Below, in pieces: positions 17,237 through 27,671 of a stretch of DNA of 64,000 bases (positions within the stretch are counted from its first letter, which is position 1; every line of letters begins with the position of its first letter). The notes under the pieces were generated by a model. The model had not been told where the DNA came from. It did not search any database and was given only the letters and a program-made list of their open reading frames with translations. This DNA comes from Acidobacteria bacterium UBA823 (lineage in GTDB: Bacteria; Acidobacteriota; Vicinamibacteria; Vicinamibacterales; UBA823): NCBI GenBank assembly GCA_002296225.1, contig DBHR01000116.1, positions 25,981 through 89,980 on the forward strand, read 5' to 3'. Position numbers and translations under genes: made by a program.

Positions 17237-19498
17237 ATGATGATTCAGCAGGGGGCTAAAAAGCACATCGCGCGATGGACACCGCTCGCTATGATTCGGT
17301 TCGAAGACCTGATCGAGAAAGTTCGGCGAAATAGGCCGGACGCCGACCTTGAACTCATTCGGCGTGCCTACGCGTTTTCAGCCTCCGAGCATAAGGGCCA
17401 GGTCCGCCACTCCGGCGAACCCTATCTCGGCCATCCCCTGGAGGTGGCTAACCTCTTGGCCGACATGCATCTCGATGCGGTAGTCATCGCGGCGGGGCTC
17501 CTCCACGACGTTGTCGAGGATACCTTGACTACCATCGAACGAATTGAGGAGGAGTTCGGCTCCGAAGTGGCTCATGTGGTGGCTGGGGTGACGAAGTTGA
17601 GCACGATACCGTTTTCGTCGACGACGGAGCGTCAGGCCGAAAGCTTCCGGAAAATGCTCTTGGCGATGGTCGACGACATCCGGGTCATTCTGGTGAAGCT
17701 CGTGGATCGCCTACACAACATGCGCACGCTGGGCCATCTTTCCGAGGACCGTCAGCTGCGCATTGCGCAGGAAACGAAGGATATCTACGCACCGATCGCC
17801 AACCGGCTCGGGATGAGTAAGGTCAAAAATGAACTCGAGGAGCTAGCATTTCGCCATTTGGAGCCGAAGGCCTATGAGGCGCTTCGCGTGAAGGTCGGAG
17901 AGCGTAGCCGTGCCAACGAAAGGCTCATCGAAGACTTCAGGCAAACGATCTTGCCCAAACTCGCCGACGCGGAGATTCCTGTCGTGAAGCTTGATGGACG
18001 GGTCAAACGCCTCTTCAGCATCCATCAGAAGCTGAAGCGCCAGCGGGTCAACCTGGACCAGGTGTATGACCTTGTGGCGCTGCGCCTGGTCACTCCCGCA
18101 GTGAAGGACTGTTATGCGGCGCTCGGCATCATCCACCAAACCTGGTCGCCCGTGCCAGGCAGGATTAAGGATTTCATTGCGATGCCTAGGCCTAACGGCT
18201 ATCAGTCGCTCCATACGTCGGTTGTGAGTGGGCGGGGATTCGCATTTGAGGTGCAAATCCGAACGGCGGAAATGCACCGGATGGCCGAGGATGGAATTGC
18301 GGCGCATCGGAAGTATAAGGAAGGGGGCGGTGGCGCCCTCCGTGACGAGCAGTCTTTTCTCTGGCTCCGCCAGATGCTTGAGTGGCATCAAGAGGTTGGT
18401 GACCCTCATGAGTTCATGCAGAGCCTGAAAGTCGATCTCTATCCAGAAGAGGTGTACTCCTTCACGCCCACCGGCGAGGTCAAGGCGTTACCCCGCGGTG
18501 CGACGATCGTCGATTTCGCCTATACCGTCCATACCGACATTGGGCACCAGTGCGTCGGGGGTCGGTTGAACGGAAAAATGGTGCCTTTGAGCACGCAGTT
18601 GAAGAATGGCGACATCGTCAAAATTCTGACCAGCCAGGGCCATCAACCGAGTCGAGATTGGCTGAACTTTGTGGTGACGTCCCGCGCGCGGAACAGGATT
18701 CGGCACTTCATCAACGCCGAAGAGAAGAGCGACGCCATGGAACTCGGTCGGAAGCTGCTTCAACAGGAAGCACTAAGTCACAATATTGAAATTCTGGCGA
18801 AATTAACGGCTGAGGCGGTCGCTCACTTGGAGGAGGACTACGGCTCTCAGAAGATCGAGGATGTGTACGCCATGATTGGCTACGGGAAAATTTCGGCCCA
18901 GCACGTGCTTGGAAAACTAGTGCCCCAGTCTGATTTGCTGGAACGGCAGGTCGGGAACGCAGGCTCGCCTCCGGTGACTCAAGATGTCCAGTCTAGCGAT
19001 GAGCGCATCACGGTGGGTGGTTTCGACGAACTCATGGTGTCGCGCGCACGTTGCTGCAACCCGATTCGTGGCGAAAAAATCATCGGCTTCATGACGCGCG
19101 GCAAGGGTGTCTCGGTGCACTCAGTAGGTTGCCCGAACGTGCTCAATCGGCTCTACGATCCTGGACGGCGCATCGCCGTCGCATGGGACAGCCGAGTTGA
19201 TCCAGCGCCTTATATTGTACGGTTGGCGATCCAGGTGGAGGATCGGCAGGGTATTCTGGCGGATATAAGTGCACGGATCACGGGTATCAACACCAACATC
19301 AGGAACGTAGAGGCAACGACCAATGAGGATCAATACGGTCGGATCAACGTGACCGTTGAAATTCGTGACGTCGAGCACCTTGAGCGTGTGCTCAAGTCGC
19401 TTCGTGGCGTGAGTGGTGTGCTGGATGTCGAGCGAGCGTCGCACGAAGACTCAGAGCAGGGCGATCGCGTCGATCTCGACACGAGCATCTTTCGGTAG
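17237..19498 (+). CDS. rel: Bifunctional (p)ppGpp synthetase/hydrolase (long RelA/SpoT homolog)
   Basis: HD hydrolase motifs (RHSGEPYLGHPLEVA, LLHDVVEDT), synthetase region (RPNGYQSLHTSV), and TGS and ACT-like C-terminal parts. The start could instead be the ATG at 17291. Confidence 0.92.
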   Translation: MMIQQGAKKHIARWTPLAMIRFEDLIEKVRRNRPDADLELIRRAYAFSASEHKGQVRHSGEPYLGHPLEVANLLADMHLDAVVIAAGLLHDVVEDTLTTIERIEEEFGSEVAHVVAGVTKLSTIPFSSTTERQAESFRKMLLAMVDDIRVILVKLVDRLHNMRTLGHLSEDRQLRIAQETKDIYAPIANRLGMSKVKNELEELAFRHLEPKAYEALRVKVGERSRANERLIEDFRQTILPKLADAEIPVVKLDGRVKRLFSIHQKLKRQRVNLDQVYDLVALRLVTPAVKDCYAALGIIHQTWSPVPGRIKDFIAMPRPNGYQSLHTSVVSGRGFAFEVQIRTAEMHRMAEDGIAAHRKYKEGGGGALRDEQSFLWLRQMLEWHQEVGDPHEFMQSLKVDLYPEEVYSFTPTGEVKALPRGATIVDFAYTVHTDIGHQCVGGRLNGKMVPLSTQLKNGDIVKILTSQGHQPSRDWLNFVVTSRARNRIRHFINAEEKSDAMELGRKLLQQEALSHNIEILAKLTAEAVAHLEEDYGSQKIEDVYAMIGYGKISAQHVLGKLVPQSDLLERQVGNAGSPPVTQDVQSSDERITVGGFDELMVSRARCCNPIRGEKIIGFMTRGKGVSVHSVGCPNVLNRLYDPGRRIAVAWDSRVDPAPYIVRLAIQVEDRQGILADISARITGINTNIRNVEATTNEDQYGRINVTVEIRDVEHLERVLKSLRGVSGVLDVERASHEDSEQGDRVDLDTSIFR

Positions 19499-19828
19499 GC
19501 GTGCCACTTGGAACGTTGCTCGGGCGGGAGCTGGTGCCTCGAAGTAACTACCGTAGACGTCGTTGATCGTGGCGAAGTCGCCAAGATCAGCGACGAAGAT
19601 CGTCGTTCTGACGACGCGGTCGAACGACACGCCAGCGGCGGTCAGGATGCCGCCGATGTTCTGCATAACCCGTTCGGTCTGCGCCCTGATGTCTCCCTCG
19701 ACGATCTCTCCTGTAGACGGGTCCAATGGTATTTGGCCAGATACGAACAGCAGCCCACCGGCCCGTACGGCCTGCGAGTACGGCCCGATCGCCTGTGGCG
19801 CGTCCTGCGTGTTGATTGTCTCCCGCAT
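19451..19828 (-). CDS. ridA: RidA/YjgF-family reactive-intermediate deaminase
   Basis: 125 aa, with APQAIGPYSQAV and a C-terminal ARVEIDAIA signature. Confidence 0.88.
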   Translation of the reverse strand: MRETINTQDAPQAIGPYSQAVRAGGLLFVSGQIPLDPSTGEIVEGDIRAQTERVMQNIGGILTAAGVSFDRVVRTTIFVADLGDFATINDVYGSYFEAPAPARATFQVARLPKDARVEIDAIALL

Positions 19829-19844
19829 CTTGTCGAGTGTCGTC

Positions 19845-20036
19845 TCAGGCCGCTTTGGTAACCTTGCCGGACCGCAGGCAACGGGTGCACACGCGGATCC
19901 GTTTGACGCCGCCGTTGATAGTCGCCCGGACCTTCTGGATATTAGCCTCGAAGCGCCTCGGAGTCACATTGTGGGCGTGGCTGACATTTCGGCCGACCCT
20001 CGGCCCCTTGCCACATATTTCACACCGTCGTGCCAT
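19845..20036 (-). CDS. rpmB: 50S ribosomal protein L28
   Basis: [23 protein letters not shown]...; 63 aa. Confidence 0.93.
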   Translation of the reverse strand: MARRCEICGKGPRVGRNVSHAHNVTPRRFEANIQKVRATINGGVKRIRVCTRCLRSGKVTKAA

Positions 20037-20121
20037 TTCATTCTCTCCTTGGGGTCGCGACTACTCGGCGCGCTAGGGGTCACCTGCACAACACCGTCTT
20101 ATCATCGCGGACGAATCTAGA

Positions 20122-20130
20122 ATTATACCA
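20122..20130 (-). promoter_or_regulatory. Extended -10 element (TGGTATAAT) upstream of rpmB
   Basis: The minus strand reads TGGTATAAT about 85 nt upstream of the rpmB ATG. Confidence 0.5.
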
Positions 20131-20153
20131 TGCAGGCCAAGGCGTCTTTGTCT

Positions 20154-20870
20154 CTACGGCACGATGATGTTTTTGCCGGAATTTGAGGGGGCGTTGATTT
20201 TCTCTGAAGTCGGGGCTTCGAGAGCCGCTCTTGAGGTAGACCTCGCCGGCGGATCGGCCACACCCGTCTGCCGTGCGTTTTCGTGCAGGGTGCGCTCGAC
20301 GAGATTGAGGTAGGTGTCATCTCCTCCGTCCAAAACCCGAGACGCGTCCCGAGATGCACGCTCGGTACGGCGCAATGCCGTCACAAGGTCGCGAATCAGC
20401 GAGGGTCTGCCATTCTTGCGGTGGCTCTCGACGGCGACAATCAAATCTTGTTCTAGGCGCTGGGCGGGCAACGACGACGCGTGGTGTTCGTAGATGATGC
20501 CACGTCGTTCTGTTTCCAGCGTGGCCGCTAGCGCGGAGGCGGCATCTGCGACGTCAAGGTCGGTCAGCGGTGGAAGCGTTGCCGGTCGGTGACGCGCAAT
20601 GGCGCTCTGGATGAGCAGAAATAGTTGCTGCTGCCGGTCTGACAGGTCGTGGATTAGCGGTACGAGGAAGCGTGCCTCACGCTCGTGCCGGCGCTGGACC
20701 ACGGCCGGTGGGTGGTGTTGCGCGGTTGCTAGGTACGCACAATCCGCCGGGCACGTAATTTCAATCAAGCGCTTTGTGCCACAGCAGGTCGGACAGATTA
20801 ATCCGGCCAACGCTGGGCATGCCCGACGCCCTTTCCGCCGTTCGCACGCAACGCACCGCGTGTTCGACAT
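20154..20870 (-). CDS. Hypothetical protein with an N-terminal 8-cysteine cluster
   Basis: From MSNTRC...: C-x2-C-x8-C-x7-C-x2-CC-x9-C-x3-C, then a helical Arg/Leu-rich body. The track ORF extends to 20912, so the start is uncertain. Confidence 0.6.
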   Translation of the reverse strand: MSNTRCVACERRKGRRACPALAGLICPTCCGTKRLIEITCPADCAYLATAQHHPPAVVQRRHEREARFLVPLIHDLSDRQQQLFLLIQSAIARHRPATLPPLTDLDVADAASALAATLETERRGIIYEHHASSLPAQRLEQDLIVAVESHRKNGRPSLIRDLVTALRRTERASRDASRVLDGGDDTYLNLVERTLHENARQTGVADPPARSTSRAALEAPTSEKINAPSNSGKNIIVP

Positions 20871-21404
20871 TGTCTTTACAGGAAGATCGCCCCAGCCTGG
20901 CACACCCGTCAAGGATGGGTCAAACCCTGGCTTTGGGGCAAAGGATGTTGAGAGGTCGGCCGATAAGCCCTTCTGTAAGGGGGCTCGCTCAAAAGGGAGA
21001 CAGGATTCTGTGGAAGATAGAGGGCAGCGGTCCCGTTATCTGAAGAAAAGCGAGAAACCGAACCACCCCTTTCGTCGTCTATACATGCGTAGCAAGGGCG
21101 CCAATAAGGGAAATTTGGTAATCAAAGGAGCCCTGTAAGCTTTTCTTGGTGAGTGAGATGGTTTACACACTTAGGAACTTTGAGGGTTATAGGGGCCAGA
21201 TAGGAGATGCTGCACACCCGGGGTGTGCCCTCGGCCCTTATTCCCTGCCGGCACGACTGGCAAGGACGCTGGTTGGTGAGACTTATGCGTTACTGATGCA
21301 CAGCTCTGCGGTGTTGGCAACCGGCTTGCGTCGGGAAATGCGGGAGTCTCTCGTAGCCTGCGTGCGGTGGCGATGGGTGGGTAATGGCTAGGAGAGAGAG
21401 TCCG

Positions 21405-21851
21405 ATGGCAGTGGCAACAACAGATTCTATGGGAGGTAAGCGCTACGCCAAACTGAAACTTATCCTCGAAGAACGCCGCCGGGATATGTTGGCCGAGGTG
21501 CACAATCGGATGCGTGACGTGCGGACCGAGGGTGGCGGTGTTACGATGCAAGGCGTTCTTGACTCGGCGGAGAGTTCCGAAGCCGACATCCAGGACGAGA
21601 TTGAGTTTGCCCTCATTCAGATGAAAACCGAGACGCTGAGCAAGATCGATGAAGCACTCCAGCGGCTTGAGACGGGTGCTTACGGCAATTGTTTTGAGTG
21701 TGGGAATGAGATTACTGAACGGCGGCTGCGGGCCCTGCCTTTTGCAGTGCGGTGCATGGCTTGCGAAGAAGCGCGTGAACAAGCAACGCGGGGGCGGATG
21801 ACGGAAGAGCGTCACGGTTCGGCTGGGCTGTTCTTGAATTCCTCGAGTTGA
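21405..21851 (+). CDS. dksA: DksA/TraR-family C4 zinc-finger protein
   Basis: Coiled-coil region with an acidic tip (SEADIQDEIEF) and CFECGNEI-x17-CMAC. ATG at 21405 follows GGAGAGAGAG. ATG at 21384 is also possible. Confidence 0.8.
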   Translation: MAVATTDSMGGKRYAKLKLILEERRRDMLAEVHNRMRDVRTEGGGVTMQGVLDSAESSEADIQDEIEFALIQMKTETLSKIDEALQRLETGAYGNCFECGNEITERRLRALPFAVRCMACEEAREQATRGRMTEERHGSAGLFLNSSS

Positions 21852-21932
21852 GCCGACGGCGTCGATTAATTGACGTTGCCGGTGCAAATCGAACCATGAC
21901 CCGCGTGCAGAGAGGAGCAGGTCAGATCGCGT

Positions 21933-24371
21933 ATGAGCGATCACGTCGAACGTCACGACTCCGAAAGTTTTTCGAGCGTTGGGCAGCCACCTTCGATCCC
22001 CTCAGAGATCCCGGTGCTGCCGATCCGGGACACCGTCCTGTTCCCGAATGCGTTCATTCCGCTGGCGGTGGCCCGCGAGAGTTCGGTGCGTCTGATCGAG
22101 GACGTAGCTGCTTCGGGCACGCTGATCGGTGTCTTTACGCAACGCGAGGCTTCGACCGAGGAGCCGACGCAAGACGACCTCTATCCGGTCGGGACGGCGA
22201 CCCATATTCATAAGACGTTCAAGCTGCCAGACGGCAGCTTGCGCCTCATCGTACAGGGGCTTGAGCGTCTGCGCCTCCTCCGCTTTAATACGGCGCACCC
22301 GTACCTGCACGCATCGGTGGAACGGGCTATCGAGGTGACGGCCGAAGAAGATCGTCTTGAAATCGATGCGTTTCAGCGCAACATCAAGACTAACTTTCAG
22401 CAGGTCGTGTCGCTGTCTCCATTGCTGTCGGAAGACCTACAGGTACTCGCATCTAATATCGAGGAGTCGGGGAAGCTAGCCGATTTCATCGCCTCAAGCC
22501 TCACAACGATCAGCACGTCGGTGAAACAAGAGGTATTGGAAACGCTCAACATTCGCGCGCGGATGGACACGCTCAATCGCGTTCTGATCAAAGAACTTGA
22601 AGTGCTCGAGCTCGGATCGAAGATTCAATCTCAAGTGCAATCCGAGGTCGGCAAGAATCAGCGCGACTACTTCCTGCGCGAGCAGATGAAGGCAATCCAG
22701 AAGGAGCTTGGCGAAGGCGACGAGCAGGCCAAGGAGATCGAGGAGCTTAGAGGCAAACTTGAGAGAGCTCGGTTACCGGAGGTTGTACTGAAGGAGGCGC
22801 TTCGGGAGTTGGACCGCCTATCAAAGATGCCCGTGGCGGCGGCCGAGTACACCGTCTCGCGCACCTATCTGGATTGGATGGTGGCGCTACCGTGGGCAGT
22901 CCGGACAGAAGAGGTCATCGATCTAGCCCGGACGAAATCGATGCTGGATGAGGATCACTCCGACCTCGAGAAAGCGAAAGACCGGATTCTCGAATACCTG
23001 GCGGTTCGCAAACTGAATCCTAAAATCAAGAGTCCGATTCTGTGTTTCGTTGGTCCCCCGGGAGTTGGCAAGACGTCACTAGCCAAGTCGATTGCGGCTT
23101 CGCTCGGTCGAAAGCTCGTTCGTATATCGCTCGGGGGCATGCGCGACGAAGCGGAGATCCGAGGACATCGTCGAACGTACATTGGTGCTTTGCCTGGACA
23201 GATCATTCAGGGACTTCGGCGGGTCGAATCAAAGAATCCGGTCTTCGTACTCGATGAGATCGACAAGCTCGGAGCGGATTTCAGGGGCGACCCGGCGTCA
23301 GCGCTTCTTGAGGTGCTTGATCCTGAACAGAACAATACGTTCCGCGATTACTACCTCGATGTGCCGTTCGATTTATCCGAGATTCTGTTTATTACGACAG
23401 CGAACTTCCTTGATCCGGTTCCGCACGCCCTGCGCGACCGGATGGAGGTACTCGAACTATCGGGCTATACCGATGAGGAGAAATTGACGATCGCGCGTGA
23501 GCACCTTGTGGAACAGCAGATAGAAAACCACGGCTTGGGCCAAGAACACGTTAGCTTCGAGGATGCTGCGCTCCAGGCCGTGATTCGCGGTTACACACGC
23601 GAGGCCGGCGTGAGAAACCTTGAGCGTGAAATCGGTGCGCTGTGTAGGAAGGTGGCGCGGAGAAGAGCTGAAGGCTCTGATGTGCCGGTCGTCGTGACGC
23701 CTGACGAGGTGGTGAAGATGCTTGGGGCGCCCAAGTTTTATGACGAAGAAGTGGCCGATCGAACGAAGGAACCAGGCGTGGCGGTCGGACTCGCGTGGAC
23801 GCCGGCTGGTGGTGAGGTGTTATTTGTCGAAGCGACGTTGATGTCCGGTGGTCGCACTCTGACGCTTACAGGGCAGCTCGGCGACGTGATGAAAGAATCG
23901 GCCCAGACTGCGCTCTCGTGGTTCAGGGCGCATGCTGAGGAGTACGGCGTTGACGAGGATTTTTATCAGCAGGCCGAGATTCACGTCCACGTGCCCTCGG
24001 GTGCGATACCCAAGGATGGGCCGTCTGCCGGTGTAACGATGGCAACCGCACTTGCGTCACGGCTGACGAAGCGGCCCGTGCGCCAGGACTTGGCGATGAC
24101 GGGGGAGGTTACTCTATCGGGGCGCGTGTTACCGGTTGGCGGGATCAAGGAAAAGGTGCTCGCCGCGCGGCGGCTTGGAATTGCGCATGTCGTCGTGCCA
24201 CACCTCAACCGAAAAAATATCGACGAAGATTTGAGCGATCAGCTTCGTCAGGAAATGACCATTCACTACGTGTCGTCGGTTGAGGAAGTGCTTAAACTAG
24301 CATTGGAGCCCGCTAAGGTCTTCGACAATAGTCAGTCCACGGAGACACCGATCCCGCACATGGCCACCTAA
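21933..24371 (+). CDS. lon: ATP-dependent Lon protease
   Basis: LON N-domain, Walker [10 protein letters not shown], catalytic DGPSAGV serine, and [10 protein letters not shown] lysine. Confidence 0.95.
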   Translation: MSDHVERHDSESFSSVGQPPSIPSEIPVLPIRDTVLFPNAFIPLAVARESSVRLIEDVAASGTLIGVFTQREASTEEPTQDDLYPVGTATHIHKTFKLPDGSLRLIVQGLERLRLLRFNTAHPYLHASVERAIEVTAEEDRLEIDAFQRNIKTNFQQVVSLSPLLSEDLQVLASNIEESGKLADFIASSLTTISTSVKQEVLETLNIRARMDTLNRVLIKELEVLELGSKIQSQVQSEVGKNQRDYFLREQMKAIQKELGEGDEQAKEIEELRGKLERARLPEVVLKEALRELDRLSKMPVAAAEYTVSRTYLDWMVALPWAVRTEEVIDLARTKSMLDEDHSDLEKAKDRILEYLAVRKLNPKIKSPILCFVGPPGVGKTSLAKSIAASLGRKLVRISLGGMRDEAEIRGHRRTYIGALPGQIIQGLRRVESKNPVFVLDEIDKLGADFRGDPASALLEVLDPEQNNTFRDYYLDVPFDLSEILFITTANFLDPVPHALRDRMEVLELSGYTDEEKLTIAREHLVEQQIENHGLGQEHVSFEDAALQAVIRGYTREAGVRNLEREIGALCRKVARRRAEGSDVPVVVTPDEVVKMLGAPKFYDEEVADRTKEPGVAVGLAWTPAGGEVLFVEATLMSGGRTLTLTGQLGDVMKESAQTALSWFRAHAEEYGVDEDFYQQAEIHVHVPSGAIPKDGPSAGVTMATALASRLTKRPVRQDLAMTGEVTLSGRVLPVGGIKEKVLAARRLGIAHVVVPHLNRKNIDEDLSDQLRQEMTIHYVSSVEEVLKLALEPAKVFDNSQSTETPIPHMAT

Positions 24372-24389
24372 CCCCCGTGCCTGCCGGCC

Positions 24390-25283
24390 ATGCGAGTCGT
24401 TCATTCCCCTCGCTACGAGATCGACGTTGGCGCACACGTTTACCCGACCGCGAAGTACGGTGCCGTCTGCGCTCGGGTCATCCGGGCGGGGATTCTGAAG
24501 CGATCGGCGATCGTGCAACCTCAGTCAGCCACGTGGGCCGAACTTGGCCTTGTGCACACACCGGGGTATCTCGATAAGGTGCGGCGCGGCACACTGACGG
24601 CACTAGAGATTGCCGACCTTGAAATCCCGTGGTCAGCATCGATCGTTGACGGCTTCCGCTTGGTCTCTGGCGGCACCATCGTCGCTTCTAGAATGGCTCT
24701 GCGCGGTGGCGTGGTTGTACATCTAGGTGGGGGATTCCACCATGCCTTCGCGGGCCACGGTGAGGGCTTCTGTCTGTTTAACGACGTGGCCGTGGCCCTG
24801 CGAGTGCTCCGGCGAGAAGGCGAGGTCGAGATCGCGGCCGTGCTCGATTGCGACGTACATCAAGGGAACGGCACGGCTCGTATATTCGAAGAGGATCCCG
24901 CTGTATTCACGTGTTCGATGCACCAACAGAACAACTACCCGCTCAACAAACCTCCGAGCTCGTTGGACATCGCCCTAGCCGACGGGGTTGGTGACAGCGA
25001 GTACCTCGCACACCTGCAGGTCGCCCTGGCCGCGGTATCGGCAGCGGATCCCGATCTTCTTGTGTACCTCGCTGGAGCCGACCCGTACGAAGACGACCAA
25101 CTGGGAGGCCTCGCGCTGACGCAGAGTGGCCTTCGGGAACGGGACCGCCAGGTGTTTCAATTCGCCAATTCGCTGGGCGTGCCGGTCGTAGTGGTGCTGG
25201 CCGGCGGCTACGCAAGGCGGTTCAACGACACAGTCTCGATTCACACGGCTACGGTCGAGGAAGCCGTGGCGACCGACGCCTGA
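24390..25283 (+). CDS. Histone deacetylase-family (acetylpolyamine/acetoin-utilisation type) deacetylase
   Basis: GGGFHHAF and DCDVHQGNG motifs; 297 aa. Confidence 0.85.
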   Translation: MRVVHSPRYEIDVGAHVYPTAKYGAVCARVIRAGILKRSAIVQPQSATWAELGLVHTPGYLDKVRRGTLTALEIADLEIPWSASIVDGFRLVSGGTIVASRMALRGGVVVHLGGGFHHAFAGHGEGFCLFNDVAVALRVLRREGEVEIAAVLDCDVHQGNGTARIFEEDPAVFTCSMHQQNNYPLNKPPSSLDIALADGVGDSEYLAHLQVALAAVSAADPDLLVYLAGADPYEDDQLGGLALTQSGLRERDRQVFQFANSLGVPVVVVLAGGYARRFNDTVSIHTATVEEAVATDA

Positions 25284-25370
25284 CCAAAGTCATCACCTGT
25301 GCGACCTCGACTGAAAATATGGGGCCGGCAAAGACCGTTCAAGTAGAGATTATTGAGCTGGTTGGCAAGG

Positions 25371-26339
25371 TCATGATGGATGCCTCAGGTTGCGCAGTAC
25401 GCGCTGGAGATCTTCCGGAAGTGGAGCACGGAATTCGACGCGACGTCCGTCTCGCGGATGTGCGAAGGCGAGTCTGCTGGCATGAAGAAATGGGCGTGAG
25501 AGTTGCGCGACGGCGCGATGCCGCGGCGCGAGTCGGCGGCGGATGCCGCCGTAGATGGCATCGCCGACGACAGGATGGCTGATGGCAGCCAGATGAACTC
25601 GAATCTGATGGGTGCGGCCGGTGGCGATGGCGACTCCAGCGAGAGTTAGCCCGTCGAGCAGTTCAGCCTTGACGATGTGAGTCACTGCAGCCTTGGCCCG
25701 GCGCGCGCGAGTGGACATCCGCTGTCGCGCAACCTGATTCCGACCGATGGGGAGATCGATACGGCGTCCAGCTTGAACGCGGCCCCAGACGAGTACCGTG
25801 TATTCCTTGTCAATTTCTCGGTCCCGAAATTGGCGGCCAAGTTCGCGATGAGCTTGGTCGTGCTTAGCCGCCACCAGCAGACCGGATGTGCCCTTGTCCA
25901 GCCGATGCACGATGCCTGGGCGCTGTTCTCCGCCGATGCCACTCAGGTCACGGACGTGGTGGAGCAGCGCGTTGACCAACGTGCCACGTGCATGTCCGGC
26001 CGCGGGATGTACAACCATGCCAGGGGATTTATTGACCACGACGATGTCGGCGTCTTGGTGAACAATGTCGAGCGGTAGGGCCTCGGGATCAGGTGTCGGC
26101 GAAGTCAGTGCGGGTACATCGACAACGATTCGGGTCTTGGCACGTGCGATGACGCTAGCTTTGACCGGTGCCCCATCGACACGCACCCGCCCTGCCTTGA
26201 TCAGTCGTTGGATAAACGATCGCGAGCGTTCTGGCAACAACGTCGCCAGAAGTTGGTCGATACGAGTTCCAGCGTGCTCTTCAGGGACGAGGATCTCAGT
26301 ATGGTCGCCAGTTTCGTCCCGCTCAGAGGTCTCGATCAT
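25371..26339 (-). CDS. rluD: RluA-family 23S rRNA pseudouridine synthase (RluD-like)
   Basis: N-terminal S4-like domain and the HRLDKGTSGLLV catalytic motif. Confidence 0.88.
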   Translation of the reverse strand: MIETSERDETGDHTEILVPEEHAGTRIDQLLATLLPERSRSFIQRLIKAGRVRVDGAPVKASVIARAKTRIVVDVPALTSPTPDPEALPLDIVHQDADIVVVNKSPGMVVHPAAGHARGTLVNALLHHVRDLSGIGGEQRPGIVHRLDKGTSGLLVAAKHDQAHRELGRQFRDREIDKEYTVLVWGRVQAGRRIDLPIGRNQVARQRMSTRARRAKAAVTHIVKAELLDGLTLAGVAIATGRTHQIRVHLAAISHPVVGDAIYGGIRRRLAPRHRAVAQLSRPFLHASRLAFAHPRDGRRVEFRAPLPEDLQRVLRNLRHPS

Positions 26340-26344
26340 CGGGA

Positions 26345-27130
26345 TTAGCGTTCGTCGGTGGCGGGGTGTCTAGCGAGTTGGATCAACATGCCAATACTCA
26401 AGGGTACGATCAGCACCGAAACGAACTGCGACGTCGACAGAGCGTCAAAGACCATCCCTCTAGGATCGCCGCGGTAGAACTCAGTAACGAAGCGCGAGAT
26501 GCCGTATAGCAGAATGTATAGCCAGAACGTCCGGCCCGGAAATCTCCGGCCGCGCTGCTCTGTGCCCAGCAGGATCAGCAAGATACTAAATTCGGCGAAC
26601 GACTCGTATAGCTGCGTCGGATGGAGGTGGACGCCGAGCGGTGTACCCACGTTGGTTGCGGCGAACGCGTTCGTGAAGACGATGCCCCACGGCGCATCGG
26701 TGGGGCGGCCGTAGCAGCAACCCGCCATCAAGCAGCCGAGTCGACCGATGGCATGCCCCAGCGCAATGCCAGGGGCGAAGGCATCACAGGCCGTCCAGGT
26801 GGACATCCGGTGGCGTCGCAAGTACCACCAGGAGACCGGTACGGCAAGGAGAAGCCCTCCGTAGAAGACTCCACCCGCTCGCACGAGCGATAACAGCCGA
26901 CCCGCGCTCTGGGAGTAGTAGTCAAATTCTACGACGAACAGCATCAGCTTGGCACCGAGCAGCGCCGAAATGATAATCAGGATTCCCAGGTCCATCACCC
27001 GGTTTGGGTCGAGCCCTCGCCTCGTAGAGCGCAATATAGCGAGCTTCAAGCCGACTAGGTAGGCGGTCGCGAGGAGGACGCCGTAGCTATAGATGGGGAT
27101 TGGACCAAGCTCAAGAAGCGTCGGGTACAT
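26345..27130 (-). CDS. lgt: Prolipoprotein diacylglyceryl transferase
   Basis: MYPTLLELGPIPIYSYG N-terminus and GRLGCLMAGCCYGRPT motif. The track ORF extension to 27277 runs into lspA and is discarded. Confidence 0.9.
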   Translation of the reverse strand: MYPTLLELGPIPIYSYGVLLATAYLVGLKLAILRSTRRGLDPNRVMDLGILIIISALLGAKLMLFVVEFDYYSQSAGRLLSLVRAGGVFYGGLLLAVPVSWWYLRRHRMSTWTACDAFAPGIALGHAIGRLGCLMAGCCYGRPTDAPWGIVFTNAFAATNVGTPLGVHLHPTQLYESFAEFSILLILLGTEQRGRRFPGRTFWLYILLYGISRFVTEFYRGDPRGMVFDALSTSQFVSVLIVPLSIGMLIQLARHPATDER

Positions 27131-27656
27131 CGTGGTGTCTCGTGTCGAGCGTATCGACGAGTAGGCAGCTCGCGCCGATCGTGATCGCCGAATCCGCGAT
27201 ATTGAATGCCCAGAAGTGACGCATACCCCAGTACACGTCGACAAAATCGGTGACGTGGCCGATGGCGATGCGATCAATTAGGTTGCCGAAAGCTCCACCG
27301 ACAATCAATGCCAAACCGACCTGCGCGGCAGTGCTGTGAGAGGTGGACCGTACGGCGTAGACCCCCAGGGTGACCAGCGCTAGCAGGGCCACTCCCGTCA
27401 TGACCACCGGCTTAAACGGAAAGTTTGCCGCGTTGAGGATACCGAATGCCGCGCCCGTGTTCTGGACGTGAGTAAGGTTTACGAAGCCCGGGATTAGGCT
27501 GATGCTGTCGTGAGGCGATACGAACTCTCGGACGAACGCCTTGCTGAGCTGGTCTGCGCCGACGATGCTGCCCACCACGATGAACGTTGAACGTCGTATG
27601 TGGCCGAGCCACGATGTGCCCACGGATGGTTCGATTGGGACAGGCGTCATCGTCAT
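27111..27656 (-). CDS. lspA: Lipoprotein signal peptidase II
   Basis: NTGAAFG and FNIADSAI motifs with 4 TM segments. It sits in the conserved position downstream of ileS. Confidence 0.9.
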   Translation of the reverse strand: MTMTPVPIEPSVGTSWLGHIRRSTFIVVGSIVGADQLSKAFVREFVSPHDSISLIPGFVNLTHVQNTGAAFGILNAANFPFKPVVMTGVALLALVTLGVYAVRSTSHSTAAQVGLALIVGGAFGNLIDRIAIGHVTDFVDVYWGMRHFWAFNIADSAITIGASCLLVDTLDTRHHDVPDAS

Positions 27657-27671
27657 GTCGTGGTCATGTCG

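Noticed and set aside
21171-21956. 261-aa minus-strand ORF, plus the 81-aa plus-strand ORF at 21146-21391
   Set aside because: The first is antisense to the well-supported DksA-family gene. The second has a GTG start, no SD and no recognisable features. I treated the area as non-coding spacer and reported it as a finding instead.
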